A stretch of 64,000 nt of DNA. Origin: an uncultured Magnetococcales bacterium (lineage in GTDB: Bacteria; Pseudomonadota; Alphaproteobacteria; UBA2136; JAPKEQ01). Position numbers and translations under genes: made by a program. Below, one piece after another: positions 50,269 to 60,491 of this stretch. Each line of letters begins with the position of its first letter. Position 1 is the stretch's first letter. The notes under the pieces are model-generated. The model had not been told where the DNA came from and made no database searches. It saw only the letters and a program-made list of their open reading frames with translations. The stretch is from contig CAXHDG010000013.1 in the NCBI GenBank assembly GCA_964015495.1, positions 782 to 64,781 of the forward strand, read 5' to 3'.

Positions 50269-51504
50269 ATGTCTGGCGGATTTGTTATTGGACTTGATCA
50301 TCACAAGGCTCCGCTTGAGCTGCGCGAACGCGTGGCTGCGGTGAGTGATGATATGCTCCTTGATACGATTCCGCCACATGTAAGTGCTATGGTGCTTTCT
50401 ACTTGTAACCGTTATGAAGTTTATACAGCGCCAAGCGAAAATTGGTGCGCAAGTATGGTGCCTTACCTTATTTCGGAGCGTTCAGGTATTCCAGTGGATG
50501 AGCTTCGGCCTGCCCTGTATCAGCGTCATGGTAAGGACGCTATACGCCATGGTTTTGCTGTAGCGGCATCGCTTGAATCTATGGTGGTGGGTGAGCCTCA
50601 AATTCTTGGTCAAATGAAAACGGCTTTTTTAAAGTCTCGTACAGCTGGCCGGACAGATAGTTACCTGAGTCGTTACCTTGAAAGTGCACTGCGCGTTGGC
50701 AAACGTGTGCGCCATGAAACGGAACTTGGTAAAGGTAAATTATCAGTTGCAAGTGTTGGCGTTGATGTGGCGAAAGATATTTTTGGAGACCTTAAAAATT
50801 GCTCTGTGCTGCTTGTTGGTGCTGGGGATATGTGTGAAGCTGCAGCGCTTCATGCTAAAAATAAAAAGGCTGGTCAAATTCGCGTCGTGAATCGTACGCT
50901 CTCTAAGGCGCAAGCGCTGGCTGAAAAAGTTTCAGGTGAGGCTTATGCGCTTGAAAAGTTAGAGGATATCCTGGCAAAATCTGATGTGGTTATTACTTCT
51001 ACATCAAGTGAAGTACCGCTCATGACAAAAGCAATGATGAGCCGTGTACTCAAAGCGCGTAAATATAAACCTATGCTGCTTGTGGACCTTGCTGTGCCGC
51101 GTGATGTGGCCGCAGATGTTGAAGAGCTTGACGGCGTATATGTTTATGATATGGATGCCCTTGCCAGTGTGGTAAAAGCGTCTGAGAAAAAGCGCTCTGA
51201 TATTATGAAAGATGCATGGCAAATTGTTGATGATGAAACATCATCTTTTGTTACGTGGAGCGAAAGCCGTCAAAAAGTGCATATGATGAGCCATTTGCGC
51301 GGGCATGTGGAAGAGGTGCGCCTTGAGGTTCTTGCAAAGCTTGGCGGAACACCAGAGGCGGAAGAGGCCACGCGTTTGTTTATGAATACGCTGCTTCATA
51401 AACCAAGTAAGGCTGCGCAAAGCGCTCAGGTAGAGACCACTGATATTGAAAAAATTATTGAATTTATGACAGGGGATAAATGCCCACGTCAAAAAGAATT
51501 ATAG
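50269..51504 (+). CDS. hemA: glutamyl-tRNA reductase
   Basis: N-terminal ...[13 protein letters not shown]...STCNRYEVY. An NADP-binding GAGDM motif. Confidence 0.9.
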   Translation: MSGGFVIGLDHHKAPLELRERVAAVSDDMLLDTIPPHVSAMVLSTCNRYEVYTAPSENWCASMVPYLISERSGIPVDELRPALYQRHGKDAIRHGFAVAASLESMVVGEPQILGQMKTAFLKSRTAGRTDSYLSRYLESALRVGKRVRHETELGKGKLSVASVGVDVAKDIFGDLKNCSVLLVGAGDMCEAAALHAKNKKAGQIRVVNRTLSKAQALAEKVSGEAYALEKLEDILAKSDVVITSTSSEVPLMTKAMMSRVLKARKYKPMLLVDLAVPRDVAADVEELDGVYVYDMDALASVVKASEKKRSDIMKDAWQIVDDETSSFVTWSESRQKVHMMSHLRGHVEEVRLEVLAKLGGTPEAEEATRLFMNTLLHKPSKAAQSAQVETTDIEKIIEFMTGDKCPRQKEL

Positions 51505-51523
51505 AAGAGAGAAGGAAGTACAC

Positions 51524-52615
51524 ATGAACTTAATGCCACGTTTAGAGCAGCTGGAAAAGCGCCACGAAGAACTATCTCACCTTTTGGGGCAGCCAGAGGC
51601 AACCAACGATATGGATCAGTTTACAAAGTTTAATAAGGAGTACTCAGACCTTACGCCTATTGTTGAGGCTTTTGGTGCTTATAAGGGCCTTCTTTCTGAA
51701 AAATCTGATCTTGAAGCGATGCTTTCTGATAAAGAGACGGATGCAGATATGAAAGAAATGGCGCAAGAAGAGTATAACGCTGTACTTAAAGCGATTCCAG
51801 AGTCTGAGGAAAAGCTTAAAATTCACCTTATTCCTAAAGATGCAGATGATGACCGTAACGTTATTATTGAAGTGCGCGCGGGTGCTGGCGGCGATGAAGC
51901 GGCATTGTTTGCCGGAGATATTTTCCGTATGTACGTACGCTTTGCTGAAGTACATGGCTGGAAAACTGAAATTCTTGAGGAATCTGCTAACGAAACAGGC
52001 GGCTACAAAGAAGTTGTGGCGCAAATTAATGGTGCAGGCGTATATGCGAAAATGAAATTTGAATCTGGTGTTCACCGTGTACAGCGTGTTCCTGAAACAG
52101 AATCTCAAGGGCGTATTCACACCAGTGCGATTACAGTTGCTGTTTTGCCAGAGGCAGAAGAGGCTGATGTGAACATTGAAGCCAAAGATTTACGTACTGA
52201 TACTTACCGTGCAAGTGGATCTGGCGGTCAGCACGTAAACACGACAGATAGTGCGGTGCGTATTACTCACTTGCCAACAGGTATTGTGGCGCAGTGCCAA
52301 GACCAATCCTCTCAACATAAAAACCGTGATAGCGCCATGAAAATGCTGATCGCTCGCGTGCATGATGCTGAACGTGAACGCCTTGACCAGGCCCGTAGTG
52401 CCGACCGTAAAAGTCAGGTGGGAAGCGGAGACCGTAGTGAGCGCATTCGTACATACAACTTCCCGCAAAGCCGCGTGACAGATCACCGTATTAACCTGAC
52501 GAAACATAACCTTGATGAAATTCTTTCAGGTGAAGGGCTTACAGAAGTTGTGGAATCTTTAACAACAGAAGATCAGGCACGTAAGCTGGCTTCTATGGCA
52601 GAAGACGCGGCATAA
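51524..52615 (+). CDS. prfA: peptide chain release factor 1
   Basis: GGQ motif ([19 protein letters not shown]) and a PxT-type recognition region. Confidence 0.97.
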   Translation: MNLMPRLEQLEKRHEELSHLLGQPEATNDMDQFTKFNKEYSDLTPIVEAFGAYKGLLSEKSDLEAMLSDKETDADMKEMAQEEYNAVLKAIPESEEKLKIHLIPKDADDDRNVIIEVRAGAGGDEAALFAGDIFRMYVRFAEVHGWKTEILEESANETGGYKEVVAQINGAGVYAKMKFESGVHRVQRVPETESQGRIHTSAITVAVLPEAEEADVNIEAKDLRTDTYRASGSGGQHVNTTDSAVRITHLPTGIVAQCQDQSSQHKNRDSAMKMLIARVHDAERERLDQARSADRKSQVGSGDRSERIRTYNFPQSRVTDHRINLTKHNLDEILSGEGLTEVVESLTTEDQARKLASMAEDAA

Positions 52616-52619
52616 ATTT

Positions 52620-53492
52620 ATGCAAAATAAAGCTTCTCATACTTTTGAAAGTGCCTTGAAATATGGCACTTCTCAGCTATTAGAAGCAGAGATACCCAAT
52701 CCATCACTTGATGCAGCTGTTCTTTTAGAATATGTGACAAACTATTCTAAGGTTGAGCTGATCATTCATTCTAAATCTGAAATGAGCGCAGCTCTTTTTA
52801 AACTTTATGATGACTTGCTTATACGTCGCACAAGCCATGAGCCAATTGCTTATATTACGGGTGAAAAGGAATTTTGGAGCCTTAAACTTAAAACTCACCC
52901 TCATGTACTTATTCCAAGGCCAGATACAGAAACGCTTGTGGCCGCAGTTGTGGCTTTATTTACAGATAAGAATACCGCATTTCAGTTTGTAGATGTAGGC
53001 TGCGGCACAGGGGCAATTGCGCTGAGTATTCTTAAAGAGTTTCCAAACGCAAAATGTATAGCGGTGGATATTAACCCTGATGCAAGAGCTCTAACTTTAG
53101 AAAATGCAAAATCCCATGGTTTAGATAACCGTCTTACTATAATTGACAAACCTTGGCTTGATGGCATTACTGAACCTGTTGATATGATTCTCTCAAATCC
53201 GCCATATATTACAACGGCTGAAATGGCTGAACTTATGCCAGATGTAAAGAATTATGAACCTCACCTTGCTCTTGAAGCTGGCGTTGATGGCCTTGAAGCT
53301 TATAAGGCTTTAGTGCCTGAACTTAAAACTAAGTTAAAATGTGGTGGATTGGTTCTTTTTGAAATTGGAATGAAGCAAGCGGCAGATGTGGTATGCTTAT
53401 TGAATAAAGAAGGCATGGCAGATGTGCATGTCTTGAAAGACCTTGCTGGCATGGACCGAGTTGTCGCTGCTGTAAAGCCAGAACAAGAATAA
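52620..53492 (+). CDS. prmC: release factor glutamine N5-methyltransferase PrmC/HemK
   Basis: NPPY motif (LSNPPYI) and a SAM-binding VDVGCGTGAI. Confidence 0.9.
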   Translation: MQNKASHTFESALKYGTSQLLEAEIPNPSLDAAVLLEYVTNYSKVELIIHSKSEMSAALFKLYDDLLIRRTSHEPIAYITGEKEFWSLKLKTHPHVLIPRPDTETLVAAVVALFTDKNTAFQFVDVGCGTGAIALSILKEFPNAKCIAVDINPDARALTLENAKSHGLDNRLTIIDKPWLDGITEPVDMILSNPPYITTAEMAELMPDVKNYEPHLALEAGVDGLEAYKALVPELKTKLKCGGLVLFEIGMKQAADVVCLLNKEGMADVHVLKDLAGMDRVVAAVKPEQE

Positions 53493-53511
53493 GAACGAAA
53501 GCAAATAACTT

Positions 53512-54096
53512 ATGGCATTAAAACAAATTCTGATGGCCTCTTTTTTAGGTGCATCTGTGCTTGCGCTTTCTGCATGCCAAAAATCACTCCCAACAGGCAA
53601 GATAAAAGCCATTGCGCCTTATACATTTCATGTGACAGAATTTACTGATGGTAGGGAAGAGCATGCAACAATGCTTTCTTCGCTTAAGTATGGTGATGCA
53701 TATCCATTTAAACCAGAACGTATTTCTGAATTTTTAACAGAAGTTATGAACGTTGACCTTTTTGCATACGAAGATGCGCATTTGGCTATGCACCTTGTTG
53801 ATTATGCTTCAATAAAAGGACCTAAAGATTACACACTATCATATGTTCTTGATGTTGTTGTAAGACGCGCTAAAACAGGCGAAGTGATGTTAAAAGATAA
53901 CTATATTTGCCGTGAAGATGGCAGAGGTGGATTTCAAGCTGCTGAAACATTAAGTGATGTATCAGAAGGGAAAAGACCCATGGGGCAAGATGAGAGAATT
54001 TGGAACCGCCTTGAGAAACAATGTATGATGGGCATTGCAAATAAACTTGCGATTGGGGTGCTAGCTTGGCACAATACAAAACTCGCAGAGAAATAA
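53512..54096 (+). CDS. hypothetical lipoprotein
   Basis: Lipobox LALSAC-QK. Confidence 0.45.
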   Translation: MALKQILMASFLGASVLALSACQKSLPTGKIKAIAPYTFHVTEFTDGREEHATMLSSLKYGDAYPFKPERISEFLTEVMNVDLFAYEDAHLAMHLVDYASIKGPKDYTLSYVLDVVVRRAKTGEVMLKDNYICREDGRGGFQAAETLSDVSEGKRPMGQDERIWNRLEKQCMMGIANKLAIGVLAWHNTKLAEK

Positions 54097-54117
54097 GAAA
54101 AAGAAAGCAGTAAAGAT

Positions 54118-54837
54118 ATGCCTTTATATCGTAATTTTATCTTAGCTTCAGGAATAGCCCTCACTTTAAGTGGGTGTCTTGTGACAATTCCAGGAACAGA
54201 CCAAAAGCTTTTTGGGGCTGGTGGCTTTAAAAAGCAGCTTTCATTTTCAGATTTGAGAGGTGTTGAGAGCGCTATGAAAAGCGAACCTTTTGATATTCGT
54301 TTAATTCGTTACAGCGATGAGCGCCCAGCTTCTAATATGGTTGAGCTCACAACAGATGACATTATCTATGAATACAATAATGATGATTTGACTCAGGGTG
54401 TGGATGTTCGTCTGCCTGGCCTTGTGCAAAGTCACTTTAACTTTGGTGTAAGAAATGATCGTTTTTACACAGTTGAAATGACGCTTAAGCATTTTAGAAA
54501 CTATATTCAAACGGGAACTTTCCTTACAACACGTTTTGGGAGCTATGTCAGCGAGATTGAAGTTGAAATGCTTGTGCGTGATATGAACAGCAATGTTCTT
54601 TTTAGAGATACATACCCAAGTGAATATGTCATAAAGCGTCCAGCTGTTGATGGCCGTCACCCCGGTGAAAAGCACGATCGTAAAATGATGCTAAAAACAA
54701 TGAACGAAGCAGTGAAACGTGTGTCTTATCGCACAGTTTGGGATGTTCGTAACTGGCATCATGGTAAATATCCAAAGCATATCGAGGCGCGTACGCCAGT
54801 TGATAGTGCTGATGGCATTTACCAAGAATCTTACTAA
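54118..54837 (+). CDS. hypothetical lipoprotein
   Basis: Lipobox LTLSGC-LV. Confidence 0.45.
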   Translation: MPLYRNFILASGIALTLSGCLVTIPGTDQKLFGAGGFKKQLSFSDLRGVESAMKSEPFDIRLIRYSDERPASNMVELTTDDIIYEYNNDDLTQGVDVRLPGLVQSHFNFGVRNDRFYTVEMTLKHFRNYIQTGTFLTTRFGSYVSEIEVEMLVRDMNSNVLFRDTYPSEYVIKRPAVDGRHPGEKHDRKMMLKTMNEAVKRVSYRTVWDVRNWHHGKYPKHIEARTPVDSADGIYQESY

Positions 54838-54864
54838 AGTTTAAAAGAAGAGAGGCAAACCTTT

Positions 54865-55518
54865 ATGAACTATATAGAGGCACGTAAAAATATGGTGGAG
54901 TGTCAACTTCTGCCTAATAAGCTCACAAGCCCAAATTTGATTGATGCTTTTGCATCTGTCCCGCGTGAAGACTTTGTTGCGCAAGACATGAAGGCTGTGT
55001 GTTATATGGATGATTATGTGGCAAGTGGTTCGGAGAGATCTTTGTTCCCGCCTCAAGTTTTGGCTCAACTTCTTCAAGGCCTTGACCTTCAGGCAGAGCA
55101 TAAGGTTCTTGTTGCAGCCTGTGGAACGGGGTATAGCTGCTCTATTATACGCAAGATTACGCCACATGTTTGGGGGCTTGAGGATAATGAAGAGCTCCGA
55201 GATATTTCTCGCCATATGTTTGGCGGAAAAGGGGCAGACACAATTCATTGGGTAAAGGGGGCAGCTCAAAAAGGGAATAAAAAAGAAGCGCCTTATGATC
55301 GCATTCTTTTGGATGAACCTGCGGATGTGATTCCAGAAGATATTAAGTCTCAGCTTAAAGATGGCGGAAAAATTGCGGCTGTTGTGAAAGGTGCTGATGG
55401 ACTTATGGAAGCAACAATTCTTACTCGCTCAGGTAAAACATTCTTTACAGAAACTCTATTTGAAACTCATGGGTTATCTTATGAGTCTTTTAAAGAGGAA
55501 GAGAACTTTGTTTTCTAA
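54865..55518 (+). CDS. pcm: protein-L-isoaspartate O-methyltransferase-like protein
   Basis: PCMT-like N-terminus (MVECQLLPNKL...REDFV) and a SAM motif VLVAACGTGYS. Confidence 0.7.
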   Translation: MNYIEARKNMVECQLLPNKLTSPNLIDAFASVPREDFVAQDMKAVCYMDDYVASGSERSLFPPQVLAQLLQGLDLQAEHKVLVAACGTGYSCSIIRKITPHVWGLEDNEELRDISRHMFGGKGADTIHWVKGAAQKGNKKEAPYDRILLDEPADVIPEDIKSQLKDGGKIAAVVKGADGLMEATILTRSGKTFFTETLFETHGLSYESFKEEENFVF

Positions 55519-55532
55519 TAGATAGAAGCATA

Positions 55533-55564
55533 AAAAAGAGCCCCTTTGTGGGGCTCTTTTTTTA
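55533..55564. terminator. bidirectional intrinsic terminator
   Basis: gagcccc-tttgt-ggggctc flanked by A-run and T-run. Confidence 0.75.
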
Positions 55565-55573
55565 GGAGGCGCT

Positions 55574-56302
55574 CTATTGGTTATAAGCGCTGATGCTAAT
55601 AGGTGGCTGGATTTGGTCGTAAATACGGTAGTACCATTCTTTAATGGGCAAGTTACCGGGGTAATCAAATTTACGTGTTTGGCCAGGGTATACGCGGCCA
55701 GGCAATAAAAGTTTACATTCAGGGTCTTTAGGTTTCCCGCTTTCGCAGAAATCCTTAACACGCATAAAGTCAACAGAGGTGTTTCCTTCATTTATAATCG
55801 TAATTCCTGTTTCATCACGCTCCCATCTAAACTTAGGAGAAGGGTTTTTAGGTGAGACAAGAACAAGCATGCCTGTTGTTTGAAGCAGGTCTAAACCAAA
55901 TGCGATTTTATCTGTGACTTCATTGTCAATAATTTCAATGGCCTTAGGGTGAAATGTAACACGGTACACTTTTTCTTCATTATCTAAAGGTTTTGTATAT
56001 ACAAGACGGATAAGCCTATTTTCTTGCGCTCTTAAAGGAAACACATTCGGTGCCATAAGAAAATCCGATGTATCTTCGGTTCTGGCGTCTGGCATGTTTT
56101 TGTTAAATTCCTGCTGAATTTTAACCGTAACATTGAAGTCTTTTTTAGGATACCTGTTAGAAACTTTTACATTTTGGATCGGGCGTTCGCCTGAACGAAA
56201 GTAACGCTGTACACCATCAGGAGCAATTTGTGCAAGTGATGGGATAGAAGTTAATGTCATAGCGCACATAAAGGCAGCGCCAAGAGCATGTCTTTTATTC
56301 AT
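55574..56302 (-). CDS. secreted hypothetical protein (possible Ig-like/pilus-chaperone-like fold)
   Basis: Signal peptide MNKRHALGAAFMCAMTLTSIPSLA-QI. Only a weak resemblance to periplasmic chaperones. Confidence 0.45.
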   Translation of the reverse strand: MNKRHALGAAFMCAMTLTSIPSLAQIAPDGVQRYFRSGERPIQNVKVSNRYPKKDFNVTVKIQQEFNKNMPDARTEDTSDFLMAPNVFPLRAQENRLIRLVYTKPLDNEEKVYRVTFHPKAIEIIDNEVTDKIAFGLDLLQTTGMLVLVSPKNPSPKFRWERDETGITIINEGNTSVDFMRVKDFCESGKPKDPECKLLLPGRVYPGQTRKFDYPGNLPIKEWYYRIYDQIQPPISISAYNQ

Positions 56303-56396
56303 TTTTATTTCCTCTTGCCAATAAATCTTTTTTAACAGAGTATATCAATACTCATAAAAATCCAATCTTTCCTTTTTCTCATTAAGAGGTTTTCCA

Positions 56397-57479
56397 ATGT
56401 ATGTACCCAAGCATCTTAGAGCTGATGTTTTGTGGAAAAACATGAAGGTCGGCAAAAGAAAAACACATCTTTACCTTACAGGAGGTGGCGCGCTTGGCTC
56501 TTTTCAGGCTGGCCAGCTTATCGGTTTGCTTCTTGGCGCAGAGGCTGTAAAGCTTTTCACCTTGGAAAGAGCTGAAAATTTTCTGCTGAGAACTGATGAT
56601 ATGCAAGATATCTTGAAAGCCATGCCAGAAGCTTGGTTTAAGCTTTCGTCTCTTTCTGGCGTAAGTGCAGGTGCTTGTAATTTAGCAATCCTTGGCACGT
56701 ATCTTTCACAAGGGCAAGGCAAGCTAAACCGGCTTGAGGCAGCAGTGCACTTAATTATATTCTGGCTCAAAGATGTCCCCTCAATGCCAAGCCAGCTGTT
56801 TTATGGCCGCTTTTATGCGATGGGAAAGCTCCCAACAAATATGAAAAGCTGGCTCAGTTACATGAACCTTATGACAAAACCTGTACCAGCAGAAATTAAT
56901 CCTATTATTCATGCTGTAGAAAAACATGCAGACTTTGATAGAATTCGTACCAGTTCAATGCCCATGTACGTAGCTGTAACAGACGTTATAAGTGATAGCC
57001 CGCTCATTCTCACGAATCAAAATTTAGATGCGCGCATGATTGCAGCATCTGGAGCGATTGAGGAATGGGGTATGCAAGCCGTTGATGGTTTGGGTGAAGG
57101 GGCTTACCATCATAATCCTTATATGCCATTTTTACATGATGATAAGGAACGTAGTGATAAAGATCCTGAATGTGCTTTGCTTCTGCGTTTGGATCATGGC
57201 CTTGTTGCCCCTAAGAAGCGAACGTCTGAAACACGAATGGCCGCTTCAACAGTGAAAATGTTTCATGCCCCTGTAAAACGGGATATAGATCTGATTCGCC
57301 GTAAAAACAAAAAAGAGGGGCGTGTGCTTCGCTTATTTGAATCAGGCCTGAAGCGTAGCCATAAGTTTAGCCCAGAAGATAAAGCAGATACGAGCGCTGA
57401 CTTTTTAAGTAAAGCTTTGGCCATGGGCCTTGCAGAAGGCATAAAACTTTTAAATGGTATGCCATATAAGCGTATTTAA
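56397..57479 (+). CDS. patatin-like phospholipase
   Basis: Oxyanion/Gly-rich LTGGGALGSFQAG. Serine lipase GVSAG (GxSxG). Putative catalytic Asp in VDGLGEG (DGx). AAGAGG RBS before ATG 56397. Confidence 0.8.
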   Translation: MYVPKHLRADVLWKNMKVGKRKTHLYLTGGGALGSFQAGQLIGLLLGAEAVKLFTLERAENFLLRTDDMQDILKAMPEAWFKLSSLSGVSAGACNLAILGTYLSQGQGKLNRLEAAVHLIIFWLKDVPSMPSQLFYGRFYAMGKLPTNMKSWLSYMNLMTKPVPAEINPIIHAVEKHADFDRIRTSSMPMYVAVTDVISDSPLILTNQNLDARMIAASGAIEEWGMQAVDGLGEGAYHHNPYMPFLHDDKERSDKDPECALLLRLDHGLVAPKKRTSETRMAASTVKMFHAPVKRDIDLIRRKNKKEGRVLRLFESGLKRSHKFSPEDKADTSADFLSKALAMGLAEGIKLLNGMPYKRI

Positions 57480-57485
57480 ATCGAT

Positions 57486-57525
57486 AAAACACCGCAGAGA
57501 AATCTGCGGTGTTTTGCTTTTTGGG
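57486..57525 (+). terminator. intrinsic terminator after the patatin gene
   Basis: acaccgcag-agaaat-ctgcggtgt plus a T-rich tail. Confidence 0.7.
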
Positions 57526-57575
57526 GAGAATCTAGGTACACTGCGCGAGATTGAATTTTAAAGGAAAGCCATCTT

Positions 57576-58421
57576 ATGCAGCATAAAACGCTCTTTGTTT
57601 TTGATATTGAAACCATTCCAGATACTGACGCTGTCTATAACTTGACAGGTTCAGAGGAAAAAGATGTGCCCAAACTACGCGAAGAGCTTGAAGAATATCA
57701 CTTAGGAGTCACCAAAGGGAACAATGCTTTTCCGCGTCAACTGTTCCACCGTGTTGTTGGCATTAGTTTTGTTGAAGCCGAAATTGAACGCGAGCGCGTG
57801 GGTAACCAAACATTTGAGAGTTATCATCTTAAAGATGTACGCAGTGGCGGCACTGAGGGAAGTTCAGAAGAAGAGCTGGTTAAGGGGTTTTTCCAGTATA
57901 TGGCGCGCAATACGCCAAGGCTTGTGAGCTATAACGGGCGCGGATTTGACCTGCCGGTTCTAAAATACCGTGCAATGAAACATAATATTTCTGCCCCATG
58001 GCTGCACCAAAGCGGAGATAAATGGAACAGTTATACCAGCCGTTACAGCTCTGATTGGCACTGCGACCTGATTGAAGTCCTTTCTGATTATGGTGCATCA
58101 GCCCGTTCCAAGCTGAATGAAGTGTGTTCTATCCTTGGTTTTCCTGGAAAGTTTGGCGCTGATGGCTCTAAAGTCTCTGAAATGTTTGATGATGGTAAGG
58201 TGGATGAAATTCGTCATTATTGTGAAACAGATGTTTTGAACACTTATCTTGTATATTTGCGCCAGCAGCACCACACAGGTGTTCTCACAAAAGAGGGTTA
58301 TAACGCTTCTATCAGCGCCATTATTAGGTTTATTGAAACCGAAGGCGAGGCAAGGCCTTATCTAAAAGACTTTATGGCGGCTTGGCATGATGCCTGTAAC
58401 GGAAATTTCCTCATGTCCTAG
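57576..58421 (+). CDS. predicted 3'-5' exonuclease, DEDDy type, related to the PolB proofreading domain (COG3298-like)
   Basis: ExoI FVFDIETIPD. ExoII SYNGRGFDLPVL. ExoIII HYCETDVLNTYLVYL (YxxxD). Confidence 0.7.
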   Translation: MQHKTLFVFDIETIPDTDAVYNLTGSEEKDVPKLREELEEYHLGVTKGNNAFPRQLFHRVVGISFVEAEIERERVGNQTFESYHLKDVRSGGTEGSSEEELVKGFFQYMARNTPRLVSYNGRGFDLPVLKYRAMKHNISAPWLHQSGDKWNSYTSRYSSDWHCDLIEVLSDYGASARSKLNEVCSILGFPGKFGADGSKVSEMFDDGKVDEIRHYCETDVLNTYLVYLRQQHHTGVLTKEGYNASISAIIRFIETEGEARPYLKDFMAAWHDACNGNFLMS

Positions 58422-58575
58422 AGTCGAGTATTTTTTCCATTTTACCTCAGCTCAAACCCTGTAAAGGGATATACGCTTCATAAAAAGAAAAATATTCGTC
58501 CATCTAGAACATGAAAGGTGTTGAAGGCTTTAGCACTTGGGAATATTGGAAGCAATTTTTATGAATATATAGAGA

Positions 58576-58600
58576 AAGGGGCTTGAAAAGCTCCTTTTTT
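58576..58600 (+). terminator. intrinsic terminator downstream of the exonuclease gene
   Basis: ggggctt-gaa-aagctcc plus T7. Confidence 0.55.
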
Positions 58601-58727
58601 TATCCCATACCTTATTCATCTCGTATCTGATCTTTCCCTTTTTGCACCAGCATTCTTGTTGGTTTGGGCTATAGATAGCGAGTTTTCTGAAACGGGCACT
58701 CGCCCTATATCTCAAAGGAGGTCAGCT

Positions 58728-59525
58728 ATGACTGATCAAACTCAATTTTCAAACGGGGGGGATGCATCCACCCTTCCTGTCACTCGCCACGTGGAAGTGG
58801 CCACCGTAGGGGTGTTGGCAGTAAACCCTAAACTTGGACCTTGCGCTGTTTTTGCCATTGAGCGCAAAGGCGTCAGGTCTGATTCGATTGGTGCGCCTTG
58901 CGTTATCTTTCCTACCGGTATGGTGGAGCAGGGTGAAGGCACTGCCATGGCAGCAGCACGTGAATCTCTGGAAGAACTGGGGATTCAAATCCCCGATAAT
59001 CTTCCTGAAATTCGCTGTGATACGCAGTATCGCAGCTTTGACGGCGGCAAAACCGCGACGAAGTATGTCATTCATTATTTTACGGTGGTTCTATCGTGGG
59101 ATGATGTTGTGTCCGCGCGTTCCCGCATGTCGCGGGAATGGAAAAACTTGATGGAGCGCAAAGGGGTTTCTACCCCTGCAGCCCTTAAAAAGGAAGATCT
59201 TCGCCCTGAGGAGCAGTTTGAAACCTGCGGCATGGCCATTCTTCCCTTGGAAGGACTGGACCTTGTAGGCACGGCCCATGTTCGGAGCGCAAAGTTTGCG
59301 GCTAGCATTGCTAAAGGCTATGAGCCTGATGACTTTGCTGGACAAGATGTTATCTTTGTTGGGGCCCACAGCCTCAGCAAAGCAGAGAGCCAGCGTTACC
59401 AGTATGACAACGTTGGTGAAGGTGAACGCCTTCTCACCATGCCATATGCACATCTGCACCATGTCAAAATTCCATACTTTCTGGAATACCTGACGGCGCA
59501 ATATGCTGCAAAGCAGGCATCTTAA
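58728..59525 (+). CDS. Nudix-domain protein with an uncharacterised ~110-aa C-terminal extension
   Basis: Nudix box GMVEQGEGTAMAAARESLEELGI (Gx5Ex7REUxEExGU). AAGGAGG RBS 6 nt upstream. Visibly more GC-rich than neighbouring genes. Confidence 0.75.
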   Translation: MTDQTQFSNGGDASTLPVTRHVEVATVGVLAVNPKLGPCAVFAIERKGVRSDSIGAPCVIFPTGMVEQGEGTAMAAARESLEELGIQIPDNLPEIRCDTQYRSFDGGKTATKYVIHYFTVVLSWDDVVSARSRMSREWKNLMERKGVSTPAALKKEDLRPEEQFETCGMAILPLEGLDLVGTAHVRSAKFAASIAKGYEPDDFAGQDVIFVGAHSLSKAESQRYQYDNVGEGERLLTMPYAHLHHVKIPYFLEYLTAQYAAKQAS

Positions 59526-59593
59526 AACGATTACCTCAAGCCCCCTTAATCGGGGGCTTGTTGCTTTTGTAAATAAGGATTACTATAGACGTT

Positions 59594-60343
59594 ATGACAA
59601 ATTCAAACCCGACATGTGCTGTTCTGCTGATTGGAGACGAACTCCTTTCTGGCCGAACCGAAGACGCGAACCTAAATTATATTGCTAAAAAGATGACCTC
59701 CCATGGGGTTGACCTTAAGGAGTGCCGCATTGTAGCGGATGAATTGGATGCTATTATCCCAGCTCTAAATGAGCTTCGGGCTAAATATACTTACGTTTTC
59801 ACAACGGGCGGCATTGGTCCAACCCATGATGATATTACAGTAGAAGCCGTTGCTTATGCATTTGGCTTAGATATTTACAGGGATGAATCTGTGGTGAAAG
59901 CCTTTCATGATAGGAAAGGCGGTCTTGTGAACGAAAACACCCTCAAAATGGCAGACTTCCCAGTGGGGAGTACACTGATTCCAAATAATGTATCAGTGGC
60001 ACCAGGTTTTAATGTTGAGAATGTTTATAGTTTTGCAGGTATCCCTAGCATTATGCGCTCCATGCTTGATGGCGTCATGCCAACACTTGAAAGTGGGGCA
60101 GAAGTGATTTCCAAATCAATTACCTCATTTGCAGGCGAAAGTCGTATTAGTGATCAGTTTGAAGCGATTCAAAATGCTTACCCGCACTTGAGTCTTGGCA
60201 GTTATCCTTCCACGCAAGATGATAAATGGTGCACAACGCTGGTTGTGAGTGGCAAAGAGGAGGCAGACGTAGCCGCAGCCTTTGGTAAAGTGGTCGCGAT
60301 GATTCATGATACAAAAATAGAGATTATTGAAATTGTAGAATAG
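59594..60343 (+). CDS. CinA-family/COG1058 molybdopterin-binding (MoCF-biosynthesis-like) domain protein
   Basis: N-terminal AVLLIGDELLSGRTEDANLNYIAKKM...FTTGGIGPTHDDIT is the MogA/MoaB-like fold of the CinA N-domain. Confidence 0.7.
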   Translation: MTNSNPTCAVLLIGDELLSGRTEDANLNYIAKKMTSHGVDLKECRIVADELDAIIPALNELRAKYTYVFTTGGIGPTHDDITVEAVAYAFGLDIYRDESVVKAFHDRKGGLVNENTLKMADFPVGSTLIPNNVSVAPGFNVENVYSFAGIPSIMRSMLDGVMPTLESGAEVISKSITSFAGESRISDQFEAIQNAYPHLSLGSYPSTQDDKWCTTLVVSGKEEADVAAAFGKVVAMIHDTKIEIIEIVE

Positions 60344-60360
60344 AGGAAAACCTCTGCATT

Positions 60361-60395
60361 AGAATAAAAGCTCCCTTTATGGGAGCTTTTATTCT
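60361..60395 (+). terminator. 15-bp perfect inverted repeat (agaataaaagctccc/gggagcttttattct), a terminator-like hairpin
   Basis: Long perfect palindrome after the cinA-like gene. The U-rich stretch lies within the stem rather than after it. Confidence 0.5.
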
Positions 60396-60491
60396 AATGA
60401 TTGTAGCTGGCATGGCTTCTGTTAAACCTGCGTTTCTCTCCGAAAAGTCTTCATAAAATAAAAACCCCCTAAGTATAGGAGGTTTCTATTC

